In this document: positions 1 to 11,122 of the stretch, piece by piece
Position numbering within the stretch: position 1 is the stretch's first letter
Layout of the letters: every line of letters begins with the position of its first letter
Source of the DNA: a virus
Taxonomy: Duplodnaviria > Caudoviricetes
DNA: 64,000 nt
Virus record (IMG/VR): IMGVR_UViG_3300023048_000001
Location: 1-64,000 of that record
Direction: 5' to 3' (one strand)
Notes under the pieces: model-generated
Databases searched by the model: none
Told to the model about the DNA's origin: nothing
The model's input: only the letters and a program-made list of their open reading frames with translations
Program-made: the position numbers and the translations under genes

Positions 1-2
1 CC

Positions 3-1790
3 TTCGTAAATATTGACATTGATTCATTCCTAGGTACATATGCATTCGATACTGTAAATGATATTGTTACTACGATGTATGCAATCTATGATAACTTTAA
101 TGCCTCAAACATTAACTATATCTTCTTTGCTACATTGAATGATGCTATGAGTTTGAAGAAATCTAGTTCAGATATCTTTAAGACATCATGGGTAGCTCTA
201 GACATATCACAAAATGTTCTACCGGGTGAAAATAACTACAATACAGATATCGTGGATGTACAGCCGGGCGGTGCGTGTGATATTGATGAAAACATTGTGG
301 TACCAACTCCACCACCATTACCATCACCATCACCAACACCATCAGTTACACCAACGGTAACTCCATCCATAAGTATGACTGTAACTCCATCGGTTACGGC
401 AACGGTTTCATTTACACCTACACAGACACAGACACCGGCTCCAACTGGTACACCAGTACCTACACCGACAGCAACGGCAACCATTACACCTACTGTCACA
501 ACTACACCAGTTCCAACAAGCACACCAGATGTAACTGTAACTGTTACCCAAACTGTTACCCCAACATTGACAGCAACAATTACGCCTACTGTGACTGCAA
601 CTATTTCTATAACGCCAACACCATCCGTAACACCATCGGCAACATACTTGCCAGTTACGAATTATGATACGGCAGTTCAGAATAGTAACGCATTGGTTTA
701 CTACAAGTTCGATGATATCAACTCAACCATTGCAAAGGATAGCTCATTGTATGGTCGTGATGCTTTCTATAATGGTAATATCACTCAAGACGAAGATGGT
801 CTGTTCCCTCAGTCTGGCCGTTCAATCACATTCAATAGTGATTACAATCAGGGTAACTTTGTATTGAATGATTATGATACTTACTTGGACCTAGATGGTG
901 ATTTCACAATCGAAGTGTTCGCTGATGCCGTGGCTGCTGATCAAGCATCTGCATTACCGATGTTGGTATATGTTCCATATGATGCTCAATCCTTCCAGCC
1001 ACAGTTCATGCTTTACATTGACACCACAACCGGTAAGTATGCATTCCGTATTGCAACTACAGATCAGTCATTCGTTGAAGTTCAATCGGATGTAGATGCT
1101 GATGGTACCGCATATATGATCACATGTAAGCGTGAAGGTAATACAATTCATATGTTCATCAATGGTGTTGAAGTATCATCTGCAACTGCAACTGGTGCAA
1201 CATTGTTGGCTCATACTTATGGTATCGCTCTAGGTGGTGCACCATACAGTATACCAAGTGTGAATAACTACATTGGTGGATTGGATAACTTCTCACTATA
1301 TGGTGGAGCATTGGATGATTCAGATATTCGTCATCACTATGAGGTTGTCTCAGGTATTTTGATTTCACCATCTCCAACACCTACACCAACTGTTACACCA
1401 ACTGTTACACCAACAATGACAATTACTCCTACATTGACAATTACACCAACGATCACTGCATCTGTTACACCTTCAGTAACAGCTACGCCACCAGTGACCA
1501 GAACAGTAACGCCTTCTGTAACGAGTACTCAGACCCCAGCAGCGTCACCTGAGCCTACCCATACTGTAACTCCAACACCTTCACAGGCTGGATCATATCA
1601 GTGGGTATTCGTAAGCTCACAGTTGATTGATGGGTGTCAGCCACCAAATACATCACAGTGTGGTGACTTCCCATCACCAACTATAACTTGTGATGCTAGC
1701 ATGATTGGGTCACAGGTAAATTGTCCAACTTGTGCAAATGGAACTAGTGGTGATACCACAGATTCATTATATGAATGTCGTTTACAATAA
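3..1790 (+). CDS. Mucin-like virion fibre protein, 5'-truncated by the window: PTS stalk, LamG/ConA-like domain, PTS stalk, Cys-rich tip
   Basis: The frame is open from position 3, upstream of the ORF-track ATG at 75. TPTVTPSVT repeats; LamG signature YYKFDD...DSS...FTIEVF...INGVEV...GGLDNFSLY; six Cys in the last ~55 aa. Confidence 0.75.
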   Translation, partial: FVNIDIDSFLGTYAFDTVNDIVTTMYAIYDNFNASNINYIFFATLNDAMSLKKSSSDIFKTSWVALDISQNVLPGENNYNTDIVDVQPGGACDIDENIVVPTPPPLPSPSPTPSVTPTVTPSISMTVTPSVTATVSFTPTQTQTPAPTGTPVPTPTATATITPTVTTTPVPTSTPDVTVTVTQTVTPTLTATITPTVTATISITPTPSVTPSATYLPVTNYDTAVQNSNALVYYKFDDINSTIAKDSSLYGRDAFYNGNITQDEDGLFPQSGRSITFNSDYNQGNFVLNDYDTYLDLDGDFTIEVFADAVAADQASALPMLVYVPYDAQSFQPQFMLYIDTTTGKYAFRIATTDQSFVEVQSDVDADGTAYMITCKREGNTIHMFINGVEVSSATATGATLLAHTYGIALGGAPYSIPSVNNYIGGLDNFSLYGGALDDSDIRHHYEVVSGILISPSPTPTPTVTPTVTPTMTITPTLTITPTITASVTPSVTATPPVTRTVTPSVTSTQTPAASPEPTHTVTPTPSQAGSYQWVFVSSQLIDGCQPPNTSQCGDFPSPTITCDASMIGSQVNCPTCANGTSGDTTDSLYECRLQ

Positions 1791-1802
1791 ACGACATTCA
1801 TT

Positions 1803-1810
1803 CATAAATA
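1803..1810 (+). promoter_or_regulatory. T4-type late promoter (CATAAATA)
   Basis: Matches the TATAAATA core, 24 nt upstream of ATG 1835. Confidence 0.7.
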
Positions 1811-1834
1811 ATTGATTATTGGATAGTAGAAGAA

Positions 1835-4800
1835 ATGGCTAACACGCTAGGTGAAAACATCAAACAATTGTTCAGACGTTTTAGTGATGGTGCATTAGTC
1901 GCTAAGAATGATTCGTATGATGTCGTGTCTGGTCATCAGCATATCCAAGAAGTTCCATCAACTATATGGTCAATCGTTCACGCTAAGGATTCAACATCCT
2001 TTAGTGTGAACGTATTCATTAATAATGAATTAGTTAAATGTGATGTTGAGATTGTAGATGATTGTAATATATTACTAATCTTCTCTGAGGCTGTTGCAGG
2101 GTATGCAAATCTATTATTTTTAATAGACCCAAATGAAGTTAATAATTGTGCACCACTACCAACAGCATCGCCAACACCAAATGTGACGGTTACTGTTACA
2201 ATTACTCCTACATTGACGCCTACCATGACGCCAACGTTAACGATGAGTATGACACCGACTATTTCGGTAACACCATCAATTACCGCGTCTGCAACTTTAA
2301 CTCCATCACCTACAATAACGATATCGCCATCGGCAACATCTGGTGTGTCACCGACCCCAACACTAACATCTTCAGTTACACCAACAGTTACAAGCTCTGT
2401 GACTATGACACCAACTGTAACGTTAACAAGATCAGCAGCGGTGACTCTAACACCGACAGTAACTCTAACACAGACACCAGAGATTACATTGTCACCAACT
2501 GTAACGTTAACACCATCATCAACAGTAACACCTACCATCACCAACACACCATCGCCTACAAGAACATTTACACCGACCCCATCGGTAACCTTGACGCAGC
2601 ACAACTGTAACTTCGATGGTTCATCATTGAATGGTTGGGCAAACTCTGGTGCAGAGATGGTCGCAGACCCAACCAACTCTTCAGTTCAAGTTATTGGTGT
2701 ACCAGAATATAGCTATGCATACATCAACTGTGTGCAGCCATTCGATATGTCCACACAGATAACTGTTGATGTTTATATGTCAAACTTGCTGACAGTTGCC
2801 GATGTATTGATTGGTTGTGATTCAACCGGTCATGGTATTATGGCTAGACTTGACTCAAGAAATTATAATAACACCGACCCAACCGACCCAAATCCAACTC
2901 TATACTGTGGATTTTTACAAAACTATTCATGGACAGGTTGGGACCAGAGCAGCGATCCAACACTAGGGAGCAATCTGCCTAAGTATGCATTAGCAACTGG
3001 TGTATGGAAAACCATAACTATTAAGGTAAATAGTCTGACTGATGCAGGTATTGTCCTTGATATGGTTATCGATGGTGCAGTTGTTGCAACATCAGTTCCA
3101 TTACAACAATTTGGTAACTTCGTTGGCATCAATGGTGATAGAAATGATACATCATATGCATACATGCGTAACTTTGCAGTTAAGCGTGATCTGTTCATTA
3201 CACCTACACCTACGGCAACACAGACAGTTACACCTACACAGACACCATCTGTTACTAAGACAATTACTATAACACCATCAGTAACTAGAAGTATTACAAT
3301 AACTAGGTCTGTAACTCCTACAATTACAATCACTCCTACAATATCATCAACGCCTACACCAACTCCATCAAATGGATGGGCAGCGTTTGCCCATAGATAT
3401 TGGAGAATGAATATCACAGCCAATAATGGTGACTCATCATACGTTGCTGTGACAGAATTGAGTTTGTATAATGACACCGGATCAGCAACAAATTTGGTTA
3501 ACCCAGCATTAGCTACTACTAACTACATTGAATCTGGTGAAGCAAACACTGATAATAGTGGTAGCTTTGCATTTGATGGTGATAACTCAACAAAATGGAC
3601 ATCAAACACAAACACCGGTTATATTGGCTGGGACTTTGGAACAACACAAATAGTCAAAACTGTTGGCGTAATTGGTAACTATAGCGTTGGTGATCAAACT
3701 GCTAGTGCCCCTAGAAACTTCACAATCCAGTATTCTGACAACAATTCAACTTGGACAACGGCATTAACTGTAACTAACCAAACCAATTGGGCTGCAAGTG
3801 AGAAGCGAGTATTTACTCTAGATGCATTCCAACCAACACCAACACCAACTATTACACCAACGTTGACTAAAACACCAACGCTGACGCCAACAATTTCATT
3901 AACACCTTCATTAACAGCATCAGTATCGGTATCTCCGACTGTATCGATAACACCATCAGTTACAGGAACACCACCAGTTACCCTTACACACACAATTACA
4001 CCATCAGTATCCTTATCTTCTTCAGTTACAGGAACACCATCAGTTACGCCTACCAGTACTACAACACCTACAATCTCGCTAACACCTTCATTAACAGCAT
4101 CAGTATCGGTATCTCCGACTGTATCGATAACACCATCAGTTACAGGAACACCACCAGTTACACAGACATCATCTGTAACGCCATCTGTTACCGGTACACC
4201 ACCAGTCACACATACATTAACACCATCACCTACAATCACCTTAACGCCTTCCGTAACTGGTACCCCACCAGTAACTCCAACCAGTACTGCAACACCCACA
4301 ATCTCATTAACACCATCAGTGACAGCTACACCACCGGTAACCGCTACACGTACCGTTACGCCAACAATTTCAGTAACACCTTCAGTAACATTAACTGCTT
4401 CAGTTACAGGAACACCACCAGTAACTCCAACCAGTACTGCAACACCTACAATCTCATTAACACCATCAGTGACGGGAACACCACCGGTTACACAAACTAT
4501 TACACCTACTGTGACAGCTACACAGACTATTTCAGTAACTCCATCAGTAACAGCAACCCCTTCGGTTACTATTACACGTACTATTACACCTACAGTAAGC
4601 CTAACGCCTTCAGTAACTGGTACACCACCAGTTACACCAACTCACACTGCCACACCTACAATCTCATTAACACCATCAGTAACTGGAACACCACCAGTCA
4701 CACCAACAATGACAGCATCAGTAACACCAACAATAAGTTTGACACCTTCAATCACCTCAACTGTCACACCATCGGTTACCGTGACAGTTTCCCATCCAGT

Positions 4801-7480
4801 ATTGGGATTCAGTTTGGTTGATGCCTCAAGCGGAAGTACATTACCAACAAATCAGGCATTAGCAGCATCGGGTACGACTGGTGATGCTACGCAGGGTGTG
4901 GGTTGCAATGGTGTTGCTGCAAGCTGCTCCGGTAGTGGAACTGCACCTAAATCAACATTAAATATTAAGGTTAAACCATCAGGTGGTAATGGCCCATACA
5001 CTGTTAAAATAACAAATGTTGCTAGAACACAGAATGTCACGGATTGTCTACAGTTTGGTTATGGTACCGACCAATCAACAATATTGAACAACACATCACA
5101 GAACAATATAACCAACGAACAATTCTTTGTTGGTGATGGTACTACCGTCACTGCACCATTAACTGTTGGTGGTACTGCAATCTATTCATATAATGGGATT
5201 CCAACAGTTTACCTAACTGATTGGAGAGGTACTTTTGCATTATCTACATCACCACGTACTAACCTAGCAAATCCATCAAGCTATGGTAGTAACTGGACGC
5301 AGGGTGCTGCAACTGGTACGTTCAATTATTCTACTGTAGCCGGACCATCTGGTGCTGTGACTGCACGCCGTTCAGTGTTGATTATTACAGCACCAGCCAA
5401 TGCTGGTTTAAGATTGAGTGGGCCTAATCAAATTGTTCTTGGCAGAACATATGTTGCTACATGCTATGTGAAAGGTATTACCGGTAGTGAATCATTTAAG
5501 TTCTATCATGGTGGTACCGATAATACTGATGGTCCTACGGCAAACACATATCCATTGATTAATCTAACTACTGACTTCACCCGTCAGCAGGTTCGCTATA
5601 CATCTATAACAGGCGCAAGCGCATTAGGTATGGACCTAGTAGTCGGATCACCAGTTGGTCAGGGGTTTGATATTGATAATATTCAAATAGAAGAATTACC
5701 AAACGTAATACCTAACACAACAAATTGGGCAAGTAGTGCAGATATTGGAGTTACAACCGCAACAATCAACGCACCGGATGGTACATCTACAGCTAAAATA
5801 TTAACTAAATTGACAGCATCAGCAGCCAAGGCATCAGCACTACCTGTAGCTACGTCCTTCGTAACATCACCTAGTGATGTATGGGAAGCATTATTTTGGG
5901 TATCTGGTACATCGACATCAACTAAAATAACATGTGGCCTTCGTGCTGGTGGGTCAGACGTTTGGGGTTCTAGTTTAACTGATCTTGACATAGCTATAAT
6001 ATCTGGTAGCGGTACGGTTCAAACACAGTCAAACCTACCTGCTGCTGTAATCATTACTGGTTTGTCAAATGGTGGCTGGACATTGGTGCGTATCCGTAGA
6101 AAGAACATGGCTGCCGGTGTGAGCTTGACCCTAAGCGTATATCCAGATACCAACACATCTTCAACCTTAAATGCTGCTAACATGGTTTGGGAAGCCCGCC
6201 TTTATAAGGTCCAAGATGGGACATCATTTATTAAGACAACGACAGCAGCCCTTACTGTAACAGATTACACTATTGCGCAGCCGGGTACAGTGACGCTATC
6301 GCCTGCACCAGCATCAGGTGTACCATTAACTTGGACTGGTATCCAGAATGTTGTAAACTTGAGTTTACCTCAGAATTTAACATTGACTGATAACGGTGAT
6401 GGTACATTTGGGCCATTAACTCTTCTTGGTGATTGTAATCAAACTACTAGTGCTATGGATGGTACACTAAGCTTGCAGGTAAGCGATTACTATAATTTCA
6501 CGCAGACTTTGAGTATTCCATACACAGTTAAGCGTACTTTCTTAACACCGACACCAACACCAACAATGACACCAACCCCATCGCCATCATTGACACCACC
6601 GATGGATATACAAGAAATAGATATGACTCAGAGTACTATTGATCCATCGATCAGTTTTACGAGAACAACATCAAAGTCTTATTATGATAATAATGGTGTG
6701 TTACAGTCAGCAGCAGCTAACGTTTGGCCTCTAGAATATGATCCAGCGACTTTACAGGTTCTTGGTAGAAGCGTATGGGAACAGAGAACAAACCTATTAG
6801 CTTATTCTGCTCCTACTACTAACTGGACAGCAATTGGAGCAACTAATACTGATGGTGTTACTGCACCTGATGGCTCATCAGTATCTAGGTTGGTGACAAT
6901 TACATCAGCTACAGTGAATCAAGGATTGATCCAAGGTCCAACTGGCATATCACATACAATTGGTAGTAATTATGCTATATCTTCATATGCATTAGCTGGT
7001 TCAGTTGGTTGGATGTGTATACAGGATACGGCAGGTTATGCTAGCAAATATGTACAGTCTACGAATACTGTAACTGCTGGTCCTTATAATAATGCAACTT
7101 CTGTATCTACATATCTGCAACCACTACCTAATAATTGGGTTCGTTTTGGTGGAACCTATGTTCCAGCAGTAAGCAACAATCTATCTACACGACTATGGCC
7201 GATTAATAATGGTGCTAGTAATGGTGCAGTAGGTGATTCTGCATATTTCTTTGGTGCACAGGTAGAATTGGGTACAAATCCAAGTCCATATATCCCAACT
7301 ACGACTGCTGCTGTAACAAGAACACCAGACGTTGCAGTCATTGCAGTTCCATCTAATGTCACCAAGATTGTATTCATTTTCTCTGATGGGACGGTACAGC
7401 AAGCATCTGTCACTAGTGGCACTAATTTCACTATTCCATCTTACAATAAGATAATTAAAACTATAAGACTATACAGCTAA
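1835..7480 (+). CDS. Giant modular virion fibre/adhesin (1881 aa): anchor domain, PTS stalks, lectin-like domain, F5/8-type discoidin domain, C-terminal phage spike/fibre CBM-like domain
   Basis: Discoidin-like RYWRMNIT...AFDGDNSTKW...WDFG...PRNFTIQYSD; the C-terminal SFTRT...RTNLL...GAQVELG...YIPTTTAAVTR motif is typical of phage fibre proteins; four PTS tracts. Confidence 0.75.
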   Translation: MANTLGENIKQLFRRFSDGALVAKNDSYDVVSGHQHIQEVPSTIWSIVHAKDSTSFSVNVFINNELVKCDVEIVDDCNILLIFSEAVAGYANLLFLIDPNEVNNCAPLPTASPTPNVTVTVTITPTLTPTMTPTLTMSMTPTISVTPSITASATLTPSPTITISPSATSGVSPTPTLTSSVTPTVTSSVTMTPTVTLTRSAAVTLTPTVTLTQTPEITLSPTVTLTPSSTVTPTITNTPSPTRTFTPTPSVTLTQHNCNFDGSSLNGWANSGAEMVADPTNSSVQVIGVPEYSYAYINCVQPFDMSTQITVDVYMSNLLTVADVLIGCDSTGHGIMARLDSRNYNNTDPTDPNPTLYCGFLQNYSWTGWDQSSDPTLGSNLPKYALATGVWKTITIKVNSLTDAGIVLDMVIDGAVVATSVPLQQFGNFVGINGDRNDTSYAYMRNFAVKRDLFITPTPTATQTVTPTQTPSVTKTITITPSVTRSITITRSVTPTITITPTISSTPTPTPSNGWAAFAHRYWRMNITANNGDSSYVAVTELSLYNDTGSATNLVNPALATTNYIESGEANTDNSGSFAFDGDNSTKWTSNTNTGYIGWDFGTTQIVKTVGVIGNYSVGDQTASAPRNFTIQYSDNNSTWTTALTVTNQTNWAASEKRVFTLDAFQPTPTPTITPTLTKTPTLTPTISLTPSLTASVSVSPTVSITPSVTGTPPVTLTHTITPSVSLSSSVTGTPSVTPTSTTTPTISLTPSLTASVSVSPTVSITPSVTGTPPVTQTSSVTPSVTGTPPVTHTLTPSPTITLTPSVTGTPPVTPTSTATPTISLTPSVTATPPVTATRTVTPTISVTPSVTLTASVTGTPPVTPTSTATPTISLTPSVTGTPPVTQTITPTVTATQTISVTPSVTATPSVTITRTITPTVSLTPSVTGTPPVTPTHTATPTISLTPSVTGTPPVTPTMTASVTPTISLTPSITSTVTPSVTVTVSHPVLGFSLVDASSGSTLPTNQALAASGTTGDATQGVGCNGVAASCSGSGTAPKSTLNIKVKPSGGNGPYTVKITNVARTQNVTDCLQFGYGTDQSTILNNTSQNNITNEQFFVGDGTTVTAPLTVGGTAIYSYNGIPTVYLTDWRGTFALSTSPRTNLANPSSYGSNWTQGAATGTFNYSTVAGPSGAVTARRSVLIITAPANAGLRLSGPNQIVLGRTYVATCYVKGITGSESFKFYHGGTDNTDGPTANTYPLINLTTDFTRQQVRYTSITGASALGMDLVVGSPVGQGFDIDNIQIEELPNVIPNTTNWASSADIGVTTATINAPDGTSTAKILTKLTASAAKASALPVATSFVTSPSDVWEALFWVSGTSTSTKITCGLRAGGSDVWGSSLTDLDIAIISGSGTVQTQSNLPAAVIITGLSNGGWTLVRIRRKNMAAGVSLTLSVYPDTNTSSTLNAANMVWEARLYKVQDGTSFIKTTTAALTVTDYTIAQPGTVTLSPAPASGVPLTWTGIQNVVNLSLPQNLTLTDNGDGTFGPLTLLGDCNQTTSAMDGTLSLQVSDYYNFTQTLSIPYTVKRTFLTPTPTPTMTPTPSPSLTPPMDIQEIDMTQSTIDPSISFTRTTSKSYYDNNGVLQSAAANVWPLEYDPATLQVLGRSVWEQRTNLLAYSAPTTNWTAIGATNTDGVTAPDGSSVSRLVTITSATVNQGLIQGPTGISHTIGSNYAISSYALAGSVGWMCIQDTAGYASKYVQSTNTVTAGPYNNATSVSTYLQPLPNNWVRFGGTYVPAVSNNLSTRLWPINNGASNGAVGDSAYFFGAQVELGTNPSPYIPTTTAAVTRTPDVAVIAVPSNVTKIVFIFSDGTVQQASVTSGTNFTIPSYNKIIKTIRLYS
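3900..4161 (+). repeat. Exact 82-bp direct repeat (3900-3981 and 4080-4161) inside the PTS stalk
   Basis: Identical sequence at a 180-bp offset, read directly. Confidence 0.9.
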
Positions 7481-7770
7481 TGAATATTACTTTTTTAAAA
7501 TTTTATGACGAACAAGCTGCACTATTTGCAATGGGGATGTATACTGACAATGATGGTAATTTCATATTTAATGACCCAAATTATTCAATAGACATAATAG
7601 GGATTATCTATGATGGGGGAACATATCAATATAATGATGATGGAACCACTACCGTTGTAGATGAGCCAACACCTCGTGATGGGTGGCATGTTAATTTCTT
7701 GGGTGATCTAGATTCTTCCCTGATGGATTACATCATAACCCCTAAAAATCCAGTCAGGATATTCGCCTAA
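7480..7770 (+). CDS. Small fibre-associated protein (companion/chaperone-like)
   Basis: Coupled by TAATG to the fibre gene; the FLKF...IDIIGIIY...GWHVN...PKNPVRIFA pattern is seen next to phage fibre genes. Confidence 0.6.
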   Translation: MNITFLKFYDEQAALFAMGMYTDNDGNFIFNDPNYSIDIIGIIYDGGTYQYNDDGTTTVVDEPTPRDGWHVNFLGDLDSSLMDYIITPKNPVRIFA

Positions 7771-7788
7771 CTAATATAGGAGAGTGCT

Positions 7789-7796
7789 AATAAATA
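7789..7796 (+). promoter_or_regulatory. Late promoter (AATAAATA)
   Basis: 26 nt upstream of the revised start at 7823. Confidence 0.6.
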
Positions 7797-7822
7797 GTAG
7801 GATTAAAGAATCCATTATTACT

Positions 7823-10800
7823 ATGATTATAACTTTCCGTCAGGGTATCATTACCGGCCAGATTTCGCAGAATTTCATTCAGTTAGTGAATGGAAAGGTT
7901 AATATCAACGTTGATGTACAACGTTTAGATATGGCCTTTGCGTATGGTTCAATGGATTATCTTTTTACTGAATCAGAAAATATTGTTGGTGCTTGGGGAC
8001 CATTTACTAACAATACTAATACTTACCTATATTGGGATATCGATCTATCTACTGGTATCCGCACTTTTGGTACGTCAAAATATGCTTTGACTTTCGGTGC
8101 AGTTTTACCTACAAGTCCTAATATTGATCAACACTTTTTCGATTATAATGATAATAAGATGAAAGTGTGGGATGGTAAACGTTGGAATGAGAAGCTTCGC
8201 GTATTCGCAGGATACGTGCAGGGTGGTGCAGTTCTAAATTCTCAATCCTTTGGATCACAGGTAAATCTAAATGCGCAAATTTCTTTGGGATATATTCTTT
8301 ATGATAGTAATAGGAATCCTCTTAAAATTTCTGACAAAACTGGAAGATCAGTATTTGTAACTACTGAAAGCTCAATCTACACACAGAATGATATCCATAA
8401 TGCTTACAAGATAGATGCCGTTCTAATGGATGGTAAAGCTCTTGAGCCAATTCCTGCTTTCCATTGTATTACATGGAAAGGTCCAAAACAGATCGGTGTT
8501 GCATCATATGTTGATTACACGAGACCATGTATTGGTGTATCAGTTGAAAAGTCAGGTAAGGATGATGTAAAACAATTCATTACGAAAGGGTTTGTGACCA
8601 ATTATAATAATTGGAATTTTACTGCTGCACCAAACACCCCACTTTTCGTAGGATCAACTGGCGAAATAACCACCACTGTTCCACAGCAATATTCACTTCA
8701 GAAGATTGGGCATGTCGTATCACCAGATACGATCTTTGTTGATCTTCAGGAAATCATCTTAATTGAAAACATAGTAACTGTACCATCACCTACACCTACA
8801 ATTACTCCGACATCAACTTTAACACCAACTGCAACGCGTTCACCAACGCCTACAGCCACATCTAGTGCAACACCAAGTCCTACGCCATCGGTAACTGCCA
8901 CCGTAACTCAGACTCCGGTACCGACTGTAACACCAAGCGTTACGCGTTCAATAATGCCTAGTATTTCTACTACTACAACAGTAACCCCAACACTTACTGC
9001 GACTCCACAGGCCACAATTACTCCAACTCCAACTCCATCGGTTACAGCTAGTGCAGTACCAGTGAGTGGAGACTCTGATGTTCTAGTATTATTATATGCT
9101 GGATTGGATGATGCAGACCCAAGATTGGCACTATCTGTTCTATCTGATTCTACTGTTCGTACAGACATCAGTGACTTCTCAGTTAACTGGCCGCAGATTC
9201 AATCGGCAACATTACTACAATCATTGACTGAAAATGCAAGTGTTGGTAATAAAATTACACGAAAGATAAGAGTAGGTGATTTGGGTGCTAGCGGTAATTT
9301 CATCTCAGTAAATGCACCAGATTCATTTACCCCAACATTTAATGGTTACGATAGAAGCCTATTCAAATCTGGTAGTTTCTCCAATGGAGCATTCAATCAG
9401 TATTCCGGTGGAACATCACAGATGCAACCATATATAGACAGAATAGCAAATAGTCCAGAGGGTGTATTAGCATTAACATCTTATGCTGTTGATACATTCA
9501 CCAATCTACAATATGGTATTATTAAATATGAGGCACTTGAGAACATTGATGAATTATTGATGTTCTATAATGGTACTCAGTTAACAGTCACTGTTACAAA
9601 TCCAGAAATATTCCAAAGCTATCAGCTAATAGGTATTGCAGGTGTAGACACCTTACCTAATGGTAAGGCATTCATGTTAGGTATGGATAATGGATATATG
9701 GCAGTATTTGTTATTGATGTAACAAATCTTGATACTACAGCACTTACTGTTACTGTAACATATAGAAAACTTTCATCAGGTGTAGCACCAACCAATGGTC
9801 TATTCCATGATGCTGATAACTTTAGCTATAATGCTGATGTTTATGAAATAAAGGCATCAGGTAGCAGATACTATATTTCTGGTGTAAGTAGATCATTTGC
9901 TTCACGTCAATCGATATTAGATGGCTGTAGTGATAAAAATTATCAACAACTATATTCATTTGTAATTGCATATAATGTTGACACTGATGACACTGATGCT
10001 GTTTATTTTGGTACCACATATGATTATGGTTATGTCTCAGTTACAGATGATTATGCATTCAAGATCGATCCAGACCTAAGCACTGCACCGGGTAATGGTA
10101 GTATCTTAAATGTTTATGCATTAGGTAATGGTGAAGCATTATTAAAGACCAATCAATATTTTAACTCAGTCTCACCACCGGGATATGACTTACGTCTACG
10201 TACCGTAAAACAAAATGATGGTAGTATTAATATCTACACATTTGGTGGTGGAACATATAGATACATTCCTACACAAAACATAATATATACATCGAATGTA
10301 AATGAAATGTATGCTGACATGCCTGTTATATCAATAACTGATTCAGGTAATTCTGCATGTCCAGATGCCTATAATAATATTGTTATCGACACATGGGCCG
10401 GTAAACTCGGAACACCATTTGTTATTACACCATCTGCAACACCACAACCATCACCAACACCAACACTAACCCCTGCACCAGTGCAGGCTAATAGTTATGA
10501 TCCAGTAATTCTTGCTGATTCTCCAACATCGTATTGGTCGTTTAATAGTAATAGCAATGATGATATATCTGGATCACCATTGACATTAAATGGTGTAACA
10601 TCATTAGTCAGAGACGTGTATGGTAATACATTGCAAATTAATGGTGCTAATTCTGGTGCATCAATATCTAATACTATTTCATTATCTTCAAATTTCTCAA
10701 TGGAAGCATGGATTAAGCCTTCATCTTTCAGTGGATATGGTACTATTTTTGGTGATTCCAGAGATGGGTATTATGGATTACAGTTTGATTCCACCGGAAC

Positions 10801-11122
10801 CCTTTATCTATATGTACAAAACTTCAATACAGTATTAATCCCTACAGGAACATTTGTTATTGGTAATACATATCATATCGTGGTTACTGTTGATAGTGAT
10901 CGTAATATAACCACATATGTAAATAGTTCAAAGACTGGTGGAACTGATCTTTACCCTAGTGATAATGTGTTAACTGTTGGCTTTATAGGTACAGATGCTG
11001 ATGGTGAAACTTTCTATGGGAATATCGGAAATCCTGCTCTTTACTTGAACACCGTATTGACTCAAACGCAGGTAACGGCACATTACAATGCAGGAATCAC
11101 TGGATATAAGTACCCACTATAA
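7823..11122 (+). CDS. Mucin-like virion fibre protein: conserved N-terminal anchor, PTS stalk, unknown domain, C-terminal LamG
   Basis: Start revised to ATG 7823 (MIITFRQGII) because it aligns with the paralogue MKINFRQGII at 61005 and follows the late promoter; LamG-like YDPVILADSPTSYWSF...FSMEAWIKP. Confidence 0.75.
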   Translation: MIITFRQGIITGQISQNFIQLVNGKVNINVDVQRLDMAFAYGSMDYLFTESENIVGAWGPFTNNTNTYLYWDIDLSTGIRTFGTSKYALTFGAVLPTSPNIDQHFFDYNDNKMKVWDGKRWNEKLRVFAGYVQGGAVLNSQSFGSQVNLNAQISLGYILYDSNRNPLKISDKTGRSVFVTTESSIYTQNDIHNAYKIDAVLMDGKALEPIPAFHCITWKGPKQIGVASYVDYTRPCIGVSVEKSGKDDVKQFITKGFVTNYNNWNFTAAPNTPLFVGSTGEITTTVPQQYSLQKIGHVVSPDTIFVDLQEIILIENIVTVPSPTPTITPTSTLTPTATRSPTPTATSSATPSPTPSVTATVTQTPVPTVTPSVTRSIMPSISTTTTVTPTLTATPQATITPTPTPSVTASAVPVSGDSDVLVLLYAGLDDADPRLALSVLSDSTVRTDISDFSVNWPQIQSATLLQSLTENASVGNKITRKIRVGDLGASGNFISVNAPDSFTPTFNGYDRSLFKSGSFSNGAFNQYSGGTSQMQPYIDRIANSPEGVLALTSYAVDTFTNLQYGIIKYEALENIDELLMFYNGTQLTVTVTNPEIFQSYQLIGIAGVDTLPNGKAFMLGMDNGYMAVFVIDVTNLDTTALTVTVTYRKLSSGVAPTNGLFHDADNFSYNADVYEIKASGSRYYISGVSRSFASRQSILDGCSDKNYQQLYSFVIAYNVDTDDTDAVYFGTTYDYGYVSVTDDYAFKIDPDLSTAPGNGSILNVYALGNGEALLKTNQYFNSVSPPGYDLRLRTVKQNDGSINIYTFGGGTYRYIPTQNIIYTSNVNEMYADMPVISITDSGNSACPDAYNNIVIDTWAGKLGTPFVITPSATPQPSPTPTLTPAPVQANSYDPVILADSPTSYWSFNSNSNDDISGSPLTLNGVTSLVRDVYGNTLQINGANSGASISNTISLSSNFSMEAWIKPSSFSGYGTIFGDSRDGYYGLQFDSTGTLYLYVQNFNTVLIPTGTFVIGNTYHIVVTVDSDRNITTYVNSSKTGGTDLYPSDNVLTVGFIGTDADGETFYGNIGNPALYLNTVLTQTQVTAHYNAGITGYKYPL

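Noticed and set aside
3832-4790. Repeats as a CRISPR array or DGR template/variable pair
   Set aside because: They are in-frame coding repeats with no unique spacers, no adenine-specific mismatch pattern was noticed, and there is no reverse transcriptase in the window.
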